Of a stretch of DNA of 64,000 nt, positions 49,560-64,000 are shown in pieces (positions within the stretch are counted from its first letter, which is position 1; the number at the start of each line of letters is the position of its first letter). The position numbers and the translations under genes are program-made. The notes beneath the pieces are model-generated. The model was not told the origin of the DNA. It searched no databases and was given only the letters and a program-made list of their open reading frames with translations. The stretch is from assembly GCA_029953675.1 (NCBI GenBank), contig JAMWBK010000002.1:496001-560000 (forward strand), written 5' to 3'. The stretch is from Rhodosorus marinus CCMP1338 (lineage: Eukaryota; Plantae; Rhodophyta).

Positions 49560-50300
49560 TCCACTGTGCGGGAGCAAGAAGTCAACGGCGGCCTGCGATT
49601 ACTTCTCAAGCGCAAGACATGGACGACTATCGCTATCGCAACTGCTGACACGACCCAGACTGCCTCTGCTCCGTCCTGCCCGCTCAGCATTTGCTCGGAA
49701 ACAGCAGTTGCTCAGGACGCAGTGGCTAAAGACCTCAGACGATTGGAATTTCATAGCCAATTGATGAAGTAAGCACAAGCCTTGAGAAGGAAACATTTTC
49801 TGATTCGGGAGCATAACGGAATCCTGAGGCCGTGAGTGGGCGCTGCAGTAGCCCGGTTGCCAAAGCAACTCCGACGAAGACCCTTGCTGAACTCGAAATT
49901 CGGCTACTACCAAAAGCTTCAGAACATTCAGGAGTGCAGACTATCTACAACCGTTCCTACGCGAGACCTGTTCTTAGTCTGCATATGGATTTCTCATGGA
50001 CCTGAACGCGCGAGTCGGCAATACTCACAGGAATAGAACTTGTTTCAAATAGTGTGTGCTAAATAGCGTGCCAGCGTGCCATCAATCGATGTGCGGCAAC
50101 TTTTGTCAAACCTAGGTCATCTCCCGACGTGCAACCATCAAGCGAACGTGACCACATCAGGCCAGGCTGATGAACAAGTTGTTCACTCCCTTCAATGGCG
50201 ATTGGACTTTAGTTTGAGAACGCGACCTAAAGCGCCGATAGACTACCTTGGGCTTGAGATTCTAGCTACTATGTAAAGAATACAAGCCTGCGGTGTGATA
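49560..50300 (+). mobile_element. Possible relic of an APE-endonuclease LINE
   Basis: Only scattered motif-like words: NGGLRLLLKR, FLMDLNARVG (compare GDFNARVG) and PIDYL, among many stops. Confidence 0.25.
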
Positions 50301-50719
50301 TCTAGCCTCCTTAAGTCACGGCGAACCGCCATGAACGCGGCAGATGTACCATCTGTTTATGAGTTCATTTTACGAAGTAATCGCCGAGTTTCCCAGTCGC
50401 TGAGCTCTTAAGGCGACTCTGAACTCGCTGACGAGGTGTGAAGTTCATGCTTACGGTTGAGCGGGTAGGTAAAACAAATATGAGCAGCTTCAGAATGAAC
50501 ACTCCGCGATCATAGAAAATAAGAGCTCATCGCCACCGTTCCCCGTGAAGTCCCAAGAAGTGGAGGATAACGCTTGACATTTTTAAGGAAACCTCTTGTG
50601 GTTTATTTCTTGTGTGTAAAGTTTTCCGCCTTCGTTCCTTATTGTTTTTTTCTGGCTGACTTGCTGCTCCCAGTTTTTCTTTTTCACAGTCGTGGGTATT
50701 CTACAAAGCAGCACGTCCA

Positions 50720-51619
50720 CTAATCCCCTTCATTGGTCCGTCCGTTTTGACCAGTGGACATAGCCTCCTCCTCCTCCGCCTCCTTGTAAAGTTCCTCAAC
50801 GGCATCCTGTAGCTTTTGAAGCGTTCTCATGTTGTTGAAGCTTGTATTCCTGAGGGTTTCCATCCAGGTTCCGACATCGCTAAGGTTTTCCTCATAGGCC
50901 ACTTCAGCCCAGTTGGGGTACTTCTCCTCAAACTCTTTCCTGCAAGGTTCGTAGCAGCAGCAATGGCTGAGAGACAGGACGGTTCTATATGAAAAAAACA
51001 TCAGATTTGAAAAGGTCTGCGTACCTCTCATGAGCAAGGCACGATTCGATGTTCATATCAGTGGAACTGGCCTCAGTTTCCTCCTCATCTCCTTCATCAA
51101 GAAACTCCATATGTCCGAACGCTTGCTCCTTGGCGGAGTTCGATATTCCTCTAAGAACTTGAGCGGCATGAGTGAGGCCCTCGACATCCGCCTTTTGTGC
51201 GTAATATTCATATCTTGCCATTGCCTGTTTCACGTAATCATCACAGTAGCTTAGAGGGAGGCTAGGGCCCGGTGGGCAGTGATACAGTGATTCGTTTCTT
51301 GCTTTCATGCCTACCATTGCCTTCTTCGCAAAAGCCTCCCGCAGATTCTCGTACGTCTTTGTCCCAGCGAGCGGAACCAGCTCCTCGTCATGTTCATCGT
51401 CCTCATCATCCATCGTCATCTTCGAACTCATTGGCCGTGTAAACGACGGCGTAGAGAGTGACTGCCATTTCTGATAATATCGATAGAAACCAGCAAAAGC
51501 AACGAACGGTCAGTCCTACCGCGCCACTCCCTCAAAATCCAAAGCACGCTCGAACCCGTTTCCAGACATACCTTCACACTAAACCTACGCAACATCGAAG
51601 ATCCTCTAGTCATCGACAT
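50720..51619 (-). CDS. Rubrerythrin-like ferritin-fold protein with mitochondrial-type presequence and most diiron ligands substituted; 4 exons
   Basis: LAGTKTYENLREAFAKKAM|AMARYEYYAQKADVEG, AFGHMEFL and AHER|KEFEEKYPNWAEVAYEENLSDVGTWMETL align with short-chain rubrerythrin (LKGTKTEENLKAAFAGES..RYLYFAQKADVEG...YPGMAKTA..EG..EIADWFETL). First intron 51471-51571. Confidence 0.85.
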
Positions 51620-52889
51620 GTTCACTATTCACTATTTAGTCAGAAAGCTCACAGAAAGTAGTTATCCAACCCTGCCTTGTCCTCTTTCACGTTTCCGATC
51701 GCCTGATTGCCTTCCTCCAGCCCGGAACTCGACCGAGGCGACGGCCGAGCTTAGTAGGCGGAGACAACCAAAGGACCTTGACCGTCGATTTCGAGGACAA
51801 AACGGATTTCCGTGGGGATGAGCGTAAGGAAAAGAAGCATCTACTGAAGATCTTAACAGGCTCTCTAAACTAGATAAAAAGCGGGTTGTCCTGTTTACGT
51901 TCAGCGAAACGAAAACCAAGACGCATAGGAAGGTCATCTTCCCCCAAAACCCACACCAAAAAAAAATCCGAAACAAACAATGGATCTCTGGAATGTTTCT
52001 TCACGATCTCTTTCTGTGAGGATTACAGAAGCGTATTATAGCTTCTGATTATGGGTCTCGACTATACGGCAATTGTAACGCTGCCTCAACATAGCCAGAC
52101 TCGTACAACTCCATTCGTCGTCTCCCAAACCGATCCATTTCGAAAGACCACCGTCAACGGCCATTCCCAAAACATTGAAAAATACTACAAAATAGTCTTT
52201 CTGCAACTATTTAATACGTTATTCAATTTTGTCTATTGATTTATTTGTTATATTTCTTAGTTAAGATTTTGTTTTCCTATAACAACCTCTTAATCAATCT
52301 TTTCGGAGGATTTGGAAAAATGAGGTTTGTTTTTAGGTACTTTTTGAAGCTATCGTTGTTATAGGATTTTTTTTTTGGCTCCGTGATTTTCTCGTGAGCT
52401 GACTTGGGTGCGTTTAGAGCTTTTCTGAGGTGTGGAAGGAGAATGAAGCTTCTGCATCCGGTTTTTGTATATCATGTGCCTCTTGTTTCGCTATCATAGA
52501 AAGTCTACGGGAGTGTCAAAACTTCAGGCGCCCTGCGTTGAGAGTTTGAGCTTCGGCGAGTCGAGATCCCGAATGTTCGGGGTTGAGTTGTTTTAAAATA
52601 GCGCGGGCACTGTTTAGTTAGTTGACGTACTTTCGGGTTTGACGATGTCGTTTCAACGTACGAGATCCTCCACGTGGTTACCACCATTCGTCGATGTGTC
52701 TCTTAGTGAATCAGTGGATAATGCATTGTCAAGGGTGATGAGAATGCCTCTCGGCAACTTCTCGCCAAGGTGCACACGTCTAGCTGCCATCGCGAGCTTT
52801 TCAAGTCGAGGCATCGTCTAGAACGACAAATTAATGAGAAAGTTCCCCCTTACGGCAGCTGTTCGTAAGGCATGTATGAGATGATGCTA

Positions 52890-53719
52890 TCATCTCCCGG
52901 TGCTATCATCTCCTACACGCAACTCTCTGGGCTCCGGCTTCGCTAGTAAAATAATGTCTCCACCGATCGTCTCAAGACAACATATCTGCAGCTTCGGATG
53001 ACCTCGTCCACGCTCTTCCGGGGCACCACCGGAATAGCAACTCATCCCGCCAAGGAACTTCGGTGCAATTGTTAAAAGAACTCTGTCTGTAAAGTCAGAG
53101 CGCAGGAAGGTAGATATGACCTCTCTTCCACCTTCTACCATTACAGACCTAAAAAGATTTCGTCGAGGTTTTCAGATTCTTTCCTCGGGAAGGCTATTGT
53201 CGAAGATCTGGATTCGATCTTAAATGAGTCTCACCCGTACTGTCGAAGGTTGAACAAGACATTTTTGAGGTCGAGTCCTTTACGCTCTTCGTTCTCGTCG
53301 CACTGAAGAATCGTCGCCCCAAGGACCTGTAGCTTCCTCCTTTTCTCTGAAGAGACGGCTCTGGAGGTCATTATGGTGGGCCGTTTACAAGTCGAAGAAG
53401 TCATCAGCGCGCAGCTCTCGGGTATTCGCAGAGACGAATCTAGCACCACTGGCTGAGGATTCGAACCGGCGCACAAACGTACAGAGAGCTGCGGATCGTC
53501 GGAGATTACCGTATTCACACCGACGAGGATAGCTTCGTGCATCGCTCGAAGCTGGTGGGTCAGCACCATCGACTCGTTTCCAGAGATTGGAGTCCGTTCC
53601 CCCGGTGCGGCAGCGATGCTTCCGTCAAGGGACTGAGCGAATGTCACCGTGACAAACGGACGAGATCGTTCTTCATCGGAGGAAAGATCTCTTCGCAAAG
53701 CTTCCAGCGCGTTCATCAT
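52890..53719 (-). CDS. RIB7: Stand-alone RibD C-terminal pyrimidine reductase (fungal/archaeal RIB7 type), riboflavin synthesis; a further exon at about 52660-52822 is possible
   Basis: RPFVTVTFAQSLDGSIA, THQLRAMHEAILVGVNTVISDDPQLSVR, PQPVVLDSSLRIP, SVMVEGGREVI and TIAPKFLGG. Intron 53149-53234. Confidence 0.88.
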
Positions 53720-53871
53720 AGCAAAGGCCTCTACTCGTTCACACCTATTTTCACCACCCTGCCCAAACCATCGAGAGAGGGGTATGATAACTATCGAAAG
53801 TTGCGGGAGAGGGTTAGCGGGACGTTTGTACCTTTGGTAAAAGAAGCTTCGTTGTGAAAATTTGAGATCCG

Positions 53872-55049
53872 ATGGCTCTGATACCTTCACAAACCTGTTT
53901 TTTAACATTCGTATCTCCTCTTTCATTCATGAATCAGACCAGAAGGGGTGCGGTGACTTGTGGGCAGGCACAGGATGAACATGATGAGCGGAAGCTGGTA
54001 TCTCCGTCCTGGCTTCGAAGTCGGCTCGAGGAAGTCAGCGTAATTGACGTCAGAGGCCAGGTCAATAAACTCAATCGTACGTATGACGCAAATGGAGTCA
54101 ACTATTATCAGAAGGTGAGCTGCGAGATACAACATCAATCCACGCGACAAAAGTCGAACAACCCTCCGAAGGTTTGCTAACAACACATGGTGTTGGTTCA
54201 GGTTGAATACCGAGGATTGAAGGACGAATACTTGTTCTCTCATATTCCTGGCAGCGTGTTCGTCGACTGGACAAGCGATATCGTTGATAAGTCGTCTGCG
54301 GGTCTTTCCAATCTGATCGACGAGGATGGGTTTCGTCAGTGTATGGAGGAGCGGGGTAGGCAAGGCAAGACCCACCCCACCGGTTCACATTTGTTATTCA
54401 TTTCTGAGTTAAAGCAGGCACAATAATCTTCCTTCTGCTGTCGGAAGGGGTGAGTTGTGATAAAACTGCAGTAATCTACGACAATGGGGACATGCTGTAC
54501 GCCGCGCGATTGTGGTTCGCCATGGTGCTCTATGGTCATCCTGACGTGAGGCTGTTGAACGGAGGGTTGGCACTTTGGGAGGAACAAGGGTTCCCAACTT
54601 CTGATGACTCTAGGTGCATGCTGACACTACTGTCAGAATTCAATCCGGAGCGCACATACCCATCAATGCTTGTGTCGATGTCAGATGTATTGAGCGCGAG
54701 TAGTGAGGTAAACCTCGTCGACGCTCGGTCGAAGGAGCAGTACAACGGGATCGAGCGCAGGGCAACACGAGGAGGTCACATTCCGGGAGCGATCAGTCTC
54801 GACCGAAGGAGGCTGTTGAGCGAGGACGGAAGCGGGTTTCTACCACCCACCCAGCTCCGACAAGTCTTCGGGGACGCCGGGGTGTCGCTCAGCGACAGAC
54901 CGACTATCGCTTACTGCAACGGTGGAGTCGCTTCCGCTGTAGTACTCTTCGCGCTACACCTCCTAGATGTCCCTCTTGACAAGCTTTTCAACTACGACGG
55001 TAGCTGGAACGAATACGGCTCCCACACCTCCAACCCCCCCATTGGGTGA
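53872..55049 (+). CDS. Tandem-rhodanese sulfurtransferase (TST/MST family) with transit peptide; 3 exons
   Basis: LVSPSWL, HIPGSVFVDW, AARLWFAMVLYGHPDVRLLNGGLALW, LVDARS, GHIPGA, active-site IAYCNGGVAS and YDGSWNEY. Confidence 0.93.
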
Positions 55050-55778
55050 TACAGGTAAGGTATCACCCAGGTGACTCTTAAGCGTACCTTCCCGGCGATT
55101 CCCCTCACATTATCCTTCAAATTTCACATAAATCAAAAACAAAAAGAGGAAAACACCACGAAACCACTCAAACTCAGAAACCCCAGAAGCGTCACCGTCC
55201 AACTGTGACTCTTAAACTCTCTCAAACTCTTTCATACGTATCTAGTACATCTTCTTACATTAATACTTAATTAATTAATCTTTATATTCACATTAGTACA
55301 AACCACGATTGAAATTTTAGTGTCACCTCACAGCGGTAGAGGCTCATTGACACATAGATATAATATAGTACGCATCGTTCAGTACTAAACTTTAAATACG
55401 GCAAATAAATATGAATATATTGCTATTGTACAAGTTAGTGTTTCATCCTTCAACATGTTTTATACGTCACATAGTGCACGATGACGGTTTTCGAATGTGG
55501 TCGTTCGATGATGATGCCAGCAAGGAGTCAAAACCAGGGTGAGCGATGATGAGAAAAGGGAGAGAAAGAGAGAGAGGAACGCGTCGTTCGGTTCAGAAAG
55601 GTTGTCTGTCTACTGAACAGTTTCATATGAATTGGAAAGGCGTTTGATCAGAGTGGTTGGAAGTAGGGATCTGCTTTTTCGGCGGTGGTCAGGCGTCTTG
55701 TCCGAGGAATTTGCCGGGTGGAGGAATTTTCTTTAGGGTTTGAGATATTGAGCTCTTTGTGGATTTATTTTAGAAACG

Positions 55779-58991
<3,213 letters not shown>

Positions 58992-61203
58992 GTAGGTATC
59001 GCTCTTTTCCATGTCAACGTTCGCAAGGTTCGGGAGGTGCACCTTGATGCGTAGCGTTCCGGAGTCTAGAAAGCATTATTTAGTCCAACTGGTATCCACC
59101 CGGACCTGGATGATCCTGGGCCGGAGAGGGAGGGGGTTTTCGGTTCTGCTCCTCAGCTAACTCAAAAAATTTCAACGAAAGTACTCTCAGAGGGGTGCCA
59201 GGAGTCTCATCACGCTGCTGCTCGGCCAAGAATGAATACAACTCAGGGTTTCAACTCATCCGGCGGAGCCCAGTCGATGGGGATCGAATGGACCTCTGAA
59301 GACCCATGCAGCTCCAGTCGCCGCGAGGACGCGGAAGTCGAGTTGTACTCAGTAAACTAAGATATGTCATTTGGACCCTTGGGACTCCATTTTTAGAAAG
59401 CCTGCACAAAAAAAGTTTGAGAATCATCTCGATTTCAATTGGGAAAGGCCAAACACATGATACTGGCATCGGATTCGTTTCCAGGAGGGCTGAGCCGAGC
59501 CCGAAACAGCCAGCGGAATCCTATCCTCAACTTCGCTGGCTGGGTTTTGATGGGCAGGTGACCTCCACCTAGTAGGAAATTTGATCGTATGGAAGAACAA
59601 CTAAATTCTCTAAGATGAACTCTCACAGCACTGGGAACGGTCGTTCACAATATCGCCTCACTCATAAGAAAAACAATCAAGTAATCGCAATAAAAACATC
59701 AATGTCCCAGCCACAAACTCGTGCTGTCCCAAAATCAATTCATAGAAGAAATAGTGCCTTGGATATTGAATTCAATAAACAAATCTGTATCTCCCATTTC
59801 ATTGGATAATATAGACTTCCAAAACAACTAAATAAAAAATAAATTCCAAATTTCTTTCGTTAATAATAGCAGATAATCGCTTATTATAATATTTTTCAAT
59901 ATCCATCCAAATCGAATAATACAAATAATTATATTCATTTCATGCACTGAGTGGACGCCCTGTTTCGAAAGAAATAACCTGCGTTTTAGTAGTTTTAGCG
60001 AGGATTGTATCGAATATGATTTTCTTGTTTGCCTTTTTTTAATCCGCAGTTTTCGGATTTATTTAGGGCACCATTTTTTGTCTTTGGTGTTTGTGTTTTT
60101 TATTTTTCTCAATTGGAATCTTAGTTGCTTGAAACTTTTACCACTATATAATTTTTTTGGTCGTGTTGGTTTTTAGGCAGTATGGGTTTTAAATTATGAG
60201 ACGCATCTTGGCAGCTATGAATGGAGGAATCGTTTTCATGTTTTAGCCTCAATACCTAAGCCACTGCTAGTTCTCTCTAACTCACACCCACTACACGATG
60301 TCTGTCGTCCGAAGAACAGACAGCCGCAGTGCTAACGAGCTGATATTGTCTGCGCGACGGAACACGACCAGCACGTGGGATTCAGAGGTGCTCTTTGAAT
60401 GGAGTACTCTTCTGTGCCGAGTTCACTCGAAATTACTTCAAACTCTCAATCTCAAGACTGCAAAGCAAAAGCCGCGGACCAAAGATCTTAGAACTTGTCC
60501 AGCTGTCTCTCTCTCTGTTGCCCCGCCCAAAAACCGCATGCTAAATCGACCAGAAAAGCCAAAACCCAAAGAAAGGGTCTTACATCCTAGGTCTTCTCAC
60601 ATCACCCTGCTCCTATCGGGAGGAAACCAGCGCCCGTCAAGCGATTACATATGCAGTTAGCAGACATGCCACCTCCATCTATCATCTCTCATCAGACACC
60701 TCTTAACTACCTCATCCACCAATTACCCTTCCAGCCCAACCCCTTGCAACAAACCCCCACACTCAGCAAACTCGATATTGACTACATCAGACCAAAGTTT
60801 AACGTATTACAATATCCTATATCATTCATTTTTAATGAGTCAGTCATTTTAATTCCACCACTTCGCGAACTAGCGGGTACGGAACCCCCCAAAAAAGAAA
60901 AATAGTACTCGGAATCATATATGACGAATAAAGGGAAAGTTTTGTAAATATATGGAAATGAACTCTACTTTTTCACTGACCCCCTACCCTACTTGTCGAT
61001 TCAATCCCTTTTGAAAACTGTGGATTGAAAATTGTGTATTAGGGTTTATTCGAGAGTTGGGAGGTTTTGAGGTGGTCAGGTGAGGGAAAAGTTTGGGGAT
61101 AGGTGGAGAGGAGGGTGGTTTTTGGGGAGGTCCAAGGAGCGAGTGGAGGTGTTGAACTGGTTTAATGGTTGTTTTTAGGTTATAGATTTCTAGATTGGAG
61201 GTG

Positions 61204-62743
61204 ATGGGGGGATTTTCTAAGACGATTGAGAAGAATCGTGGGAAGAGAGGGGTTAGGAGGGTACTGGGAGATGAGGTAGGGAAGTATTTCAAGCCGAGGA
61301 GGTTTGAACCTGCTTGGTGGGCTTGGAATGCGCATATACAAACGCTTGCGTCGTATTTTATCCCTACCAGAGCGCATGCACGGGAGAGGAGGGTGCGGTT
61401 GAATACTCCTGACGGGGATTTTATCGATGTGGATGTTGTGGATGGAACAACCAAGGGGGACACGGCGGTGCTTGTCTGTCACGGTCTGGAATCGAGCGCT
61501 GCTAGCTCTCTTCCTAGGAGACTGGCGGCAAAATTCAGCCGTTCTGGGTGGACCGTCTACAGCATCAATCTGCGAGGCTGCTCAGGTGTTGTTAATAGAC
61601 ACGTACGCGCACTACATCTTGGCTTTACAGACGATCTTCGGCTGCTGGTGGAACATGCAAAGCTGAGTGGAGCGAAGAGAATCTACATCGCTGGATACAG
61701 CCTGGGAGGCAATATTACTCTCAAGCTACTAGGAGAACTACAGGAAAAGGCGATTGAGCTGGGGGTCCATGGAGGGGTAGCTTTCTCAGTTCCTTTCGGT
61801 GCTTACGAAAGTGCTCGCAAGCTCCATAGCAGGTAAGCTTGAGGAGAACCACACAGAACAACTAGTACTTGTTCGATTTTATTAAATGGTTGTGCATATC
61901 GCACACAGCTCTGGCAGCTGGATCTACATGAATGCATTCCTTCTCGCCCTCAAGAAGAAGGTAGCTTTGGTCTACTCCAAGCTCACTCCGCAATTCAAGG
62001 AGAAGGGATTGAACTTGCTGAGCCTCCTGACGGCAACAACCATCATCGAATTCGACGAGCAATACACTTGCAAATGTGAGTTACTACTAGATGTTCATTT
62101 CGTTATCAGAACATGGAAACCTTTGCTAGAGTCACCAACAGGCGATTGAGCACTGGGCTTCGTCGGAGTTGACTTTTCTTTGGCAGCCCCCCACTGTAGA
62201 GCGTCTAGCTGACGTCGTTTCGCGGTTGCTCCTTTTCTCTGCCATCCCTCTGGGACATCACATATGGCTAACATCCACGTTCGCTTCAACAGTGTTCAAT
62301 TTTGATGGCGCCAAGGATTATTATATGAAGGCAGACTCCAAGCAATACCTCTCAAAGGTCAAGGTTCCCGTTCTTGTCATCAACGCACGTGATGATCCTA
62401 TTGTTGAAGAGCGGACTTTGCCAACAGCGAAGGACCTTGGCGATGCTCCAATTTTGTTGGTAACGTGGAATCAGACCCAAGAGTCCTACGCAATGCTTTT
62501 CCGGCTTTCGTTAACGGGTTGTTCTTCTTTCTCCACTGTGTGCTTTTACTGCAGCACTATACGGATACCGGAGGCCATTGTGGGTTTGTAGATGCCAGAT
62601 TCGGTTCGTCGTATATCATACACGAGGCTTGTCGCTTTATTGCACGAATTGACTCCCTGGCTGATGAGGTAGTGTCTTCGTCTGCAATTCCATCCGTTGT
62701 CATTGCGTCGAAAAGTCCAGACCACAGCTCCAGGAACCAATGA
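61204..62743 (+). CDS. YheT/EHT1/ABHD3-family alpha/beta hydrolase; 4 exons, true start may lie upstream
   Basis: WNAHIQT, PDGDFIDVD, LVCHGLES, NLRGCSG, GYSLGGN nucleophile elbow, INARDDPI and TGGHCGF. Confidence 0.92.
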
Positions 62744-62998
62744 GCAAATCTTGAGTGAGTTCGATTAATGCTTCTGCTACCCCAACTGGCATTGGGAATT
62801 ACGATGGATCCTCTTGGGCAGGAGTTAAAGACCTGATCTTAGGATGTACTTCTCTAGGCACCGCTCGTGCTTCTCGAGCGCTAAGTTATACCAAAAAAGG
62901 GAAAACTACCGGGAATTGTATTTTCCGAATGAAACCCGAAGAGGTTTTGGTTCTCCACAGTTCCGATGAAGTTCTTTTGTCTCGAGCTCCTCCGAATC

Positions 62999-63614
62999 TT
63001 AGACCTCATCATTGAAGCCTTCTAGGTTTCTTGCAATTTCGATCACGTAGAACTGCCCTCGAGGTACAAGCGTGGTATTCGTTTCCTCATATTTGCCGCG
63101 GCTGTCTACTCTCAGCAGCGTACCAAAGTTGTAGTCATCCTCCCTGTAACAGGAACCAGCCGTTCAACTTTAGCGCGATTCCAACAAGGGTCCGGAGTGG
63201 GCGCCTGCGGAAATCTCTCGCATTGTCTAATGGCTTACACATATCTCTTGACAAAGCCGTCTAAAAACGCCCTCCACTTCGCTTTCCCTTCTTTAGACTT
63301 CATTTGCTCTTCGTCGATGACGCCAACTGTGAGGTCGGGGAAAGCCGCTCGGAAAGCCGCGTACAACTCGGCGTCAGCGCTGGTTCGCGAAGAGACCCGC
63401 CAAAGCGTAACATCAGGAAAGATTAGAGGATCTCAAGCTGTTAGGTATTCGAAAAACAATGTCGCGAGCCCATTCGAAACCAGTCCCACCTTGTCACCCT
63501 CATTTTCTTCACTTCCGGGAGACCTGTCAACAGCTCCCAGTGACGGTCAGCGAAACCGATGGCTGCGGTCGCCCAGCTCATCTCAAGCCCCTCAGCGTTC
63601 TCGTAGTTCTCCAT
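62999..63614 (-). CDS. PBDC1: PBDC1 / DUF757 (polysaccharide biosynthesis domain-containing) protein; 3 exons
   Basis: Spliced product MENYENAEGLEMSWA..HWELLTG..ADAELYAAFRAAFPDL..EQMKSKEGKAKWRAF..DYNFGTLLRVD..NTTLVPRGQFYVIEIARNLEGFN*. First intron 63380-63489. Only partly visible in the ORF track. Confidence 0.93.
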
Positions 63615-64000
63615 ATCGGCCAACGTTTTGCGTTTCCTCTGATTGTCGCGCCTGTGCCTCTTCCCATTCTTAGGAAGCAAGCGTCGCAGAGAATAACGCC
63701 TTTCCCGTCCGTTCGCCAAAAAATGCGAATCCCTAGCACCCAACGAAGTAATTGCTTCCGTTGGGTGCAAGCACTGAGCGAAGCGGCTCTAGGGTGCTGC
63801 TTTTTCTTTGCGAGTTATGATGGGAGGAGTGATGCTTGTGAGGGCTCGCTGGCAAACCCTTATGGACTGATTTGGTTGAAACTGGGAAAGCCTTTGCTGA
63901 ACCGGAGACAGTTTCTTGGGAGTGTTCCTGTTCACCACTTGGCTTTTGTTGGACGTACGCGCTTGTCTATGCGTTGCCTCACTTAGAGGAGGAATTTGTA

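Noticed and set aside
52941-52952. GCTAGTAAAA match to the RLE tail
   Set aside because: It lies inside the RIB7 coding exon, lacks the rest of the tail and CCACC, and is a chance match.
53720-53926. N-terminal extension of the RIB7 ORF overlapping the sulfurtransferase start
   Set aside because: It begins at a non-preferred upstream start and has no homology-like content. The ATG at 53719 matches the family start.
60298-60905. Plus-strand ORFs of 120 and 84 aa upstream of the hydrolase
   Set aside because: No motifs, no convincing splice structure, and biased composition typical of intergenic or leader DNA.

Overview
Eukaryotic nuclear DNA with many short GT-AG introns (about 70-140 nt), plastid- and mitochondrion-type transit peptides and C. 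50% GC. The gene content and intron style point to an alga, most plausibly a red alga (inference; not checked by search). No rRNA, tRNA or CRISPR array was seen. Two gene-dense blocks flank a gene-poor transposon island. Block 1 (1-27.4 kb): acidic protein, FemAB-like/DUF482 GNAT protein, OXA1/COX18-type insertase, DUF1995 protein, TIGR01777 epimerase, PPR protein with an SMR-like tail, squalene epoxidase, KDPG aldolase, UAA-family transporter, IPP isomerase, SF1/BBP. It also holds three intergenic degenerate tandem arrays that look like duplicated exon-intron units. Island (27.7-50.5 kb): an R2R3 MYB gene, a copia LTR element interrupted by a CRE/R2-like RLE non-LTR element, several more RLE fragments sharing a 3' tail, MITE-like inverted repeats and a 19-bp hairpin. 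Block 2 (50.7-64 kb): rubrerythrin-like protein that has lost most diiron ligands, RIB7-type reductase, sulfurtransferase, DNM1/DRP3 dynamin, YheT-type hydrolase, PBDC1. Best leads: the ligand-less, apparently mitochondrial rubrerythrin homolog, the RLE retroelement family whose tails abut CCACC, and the 171-bp array with a 69-nt LRR-like exon. All family calls come from motif recognition by eye, not database searches.
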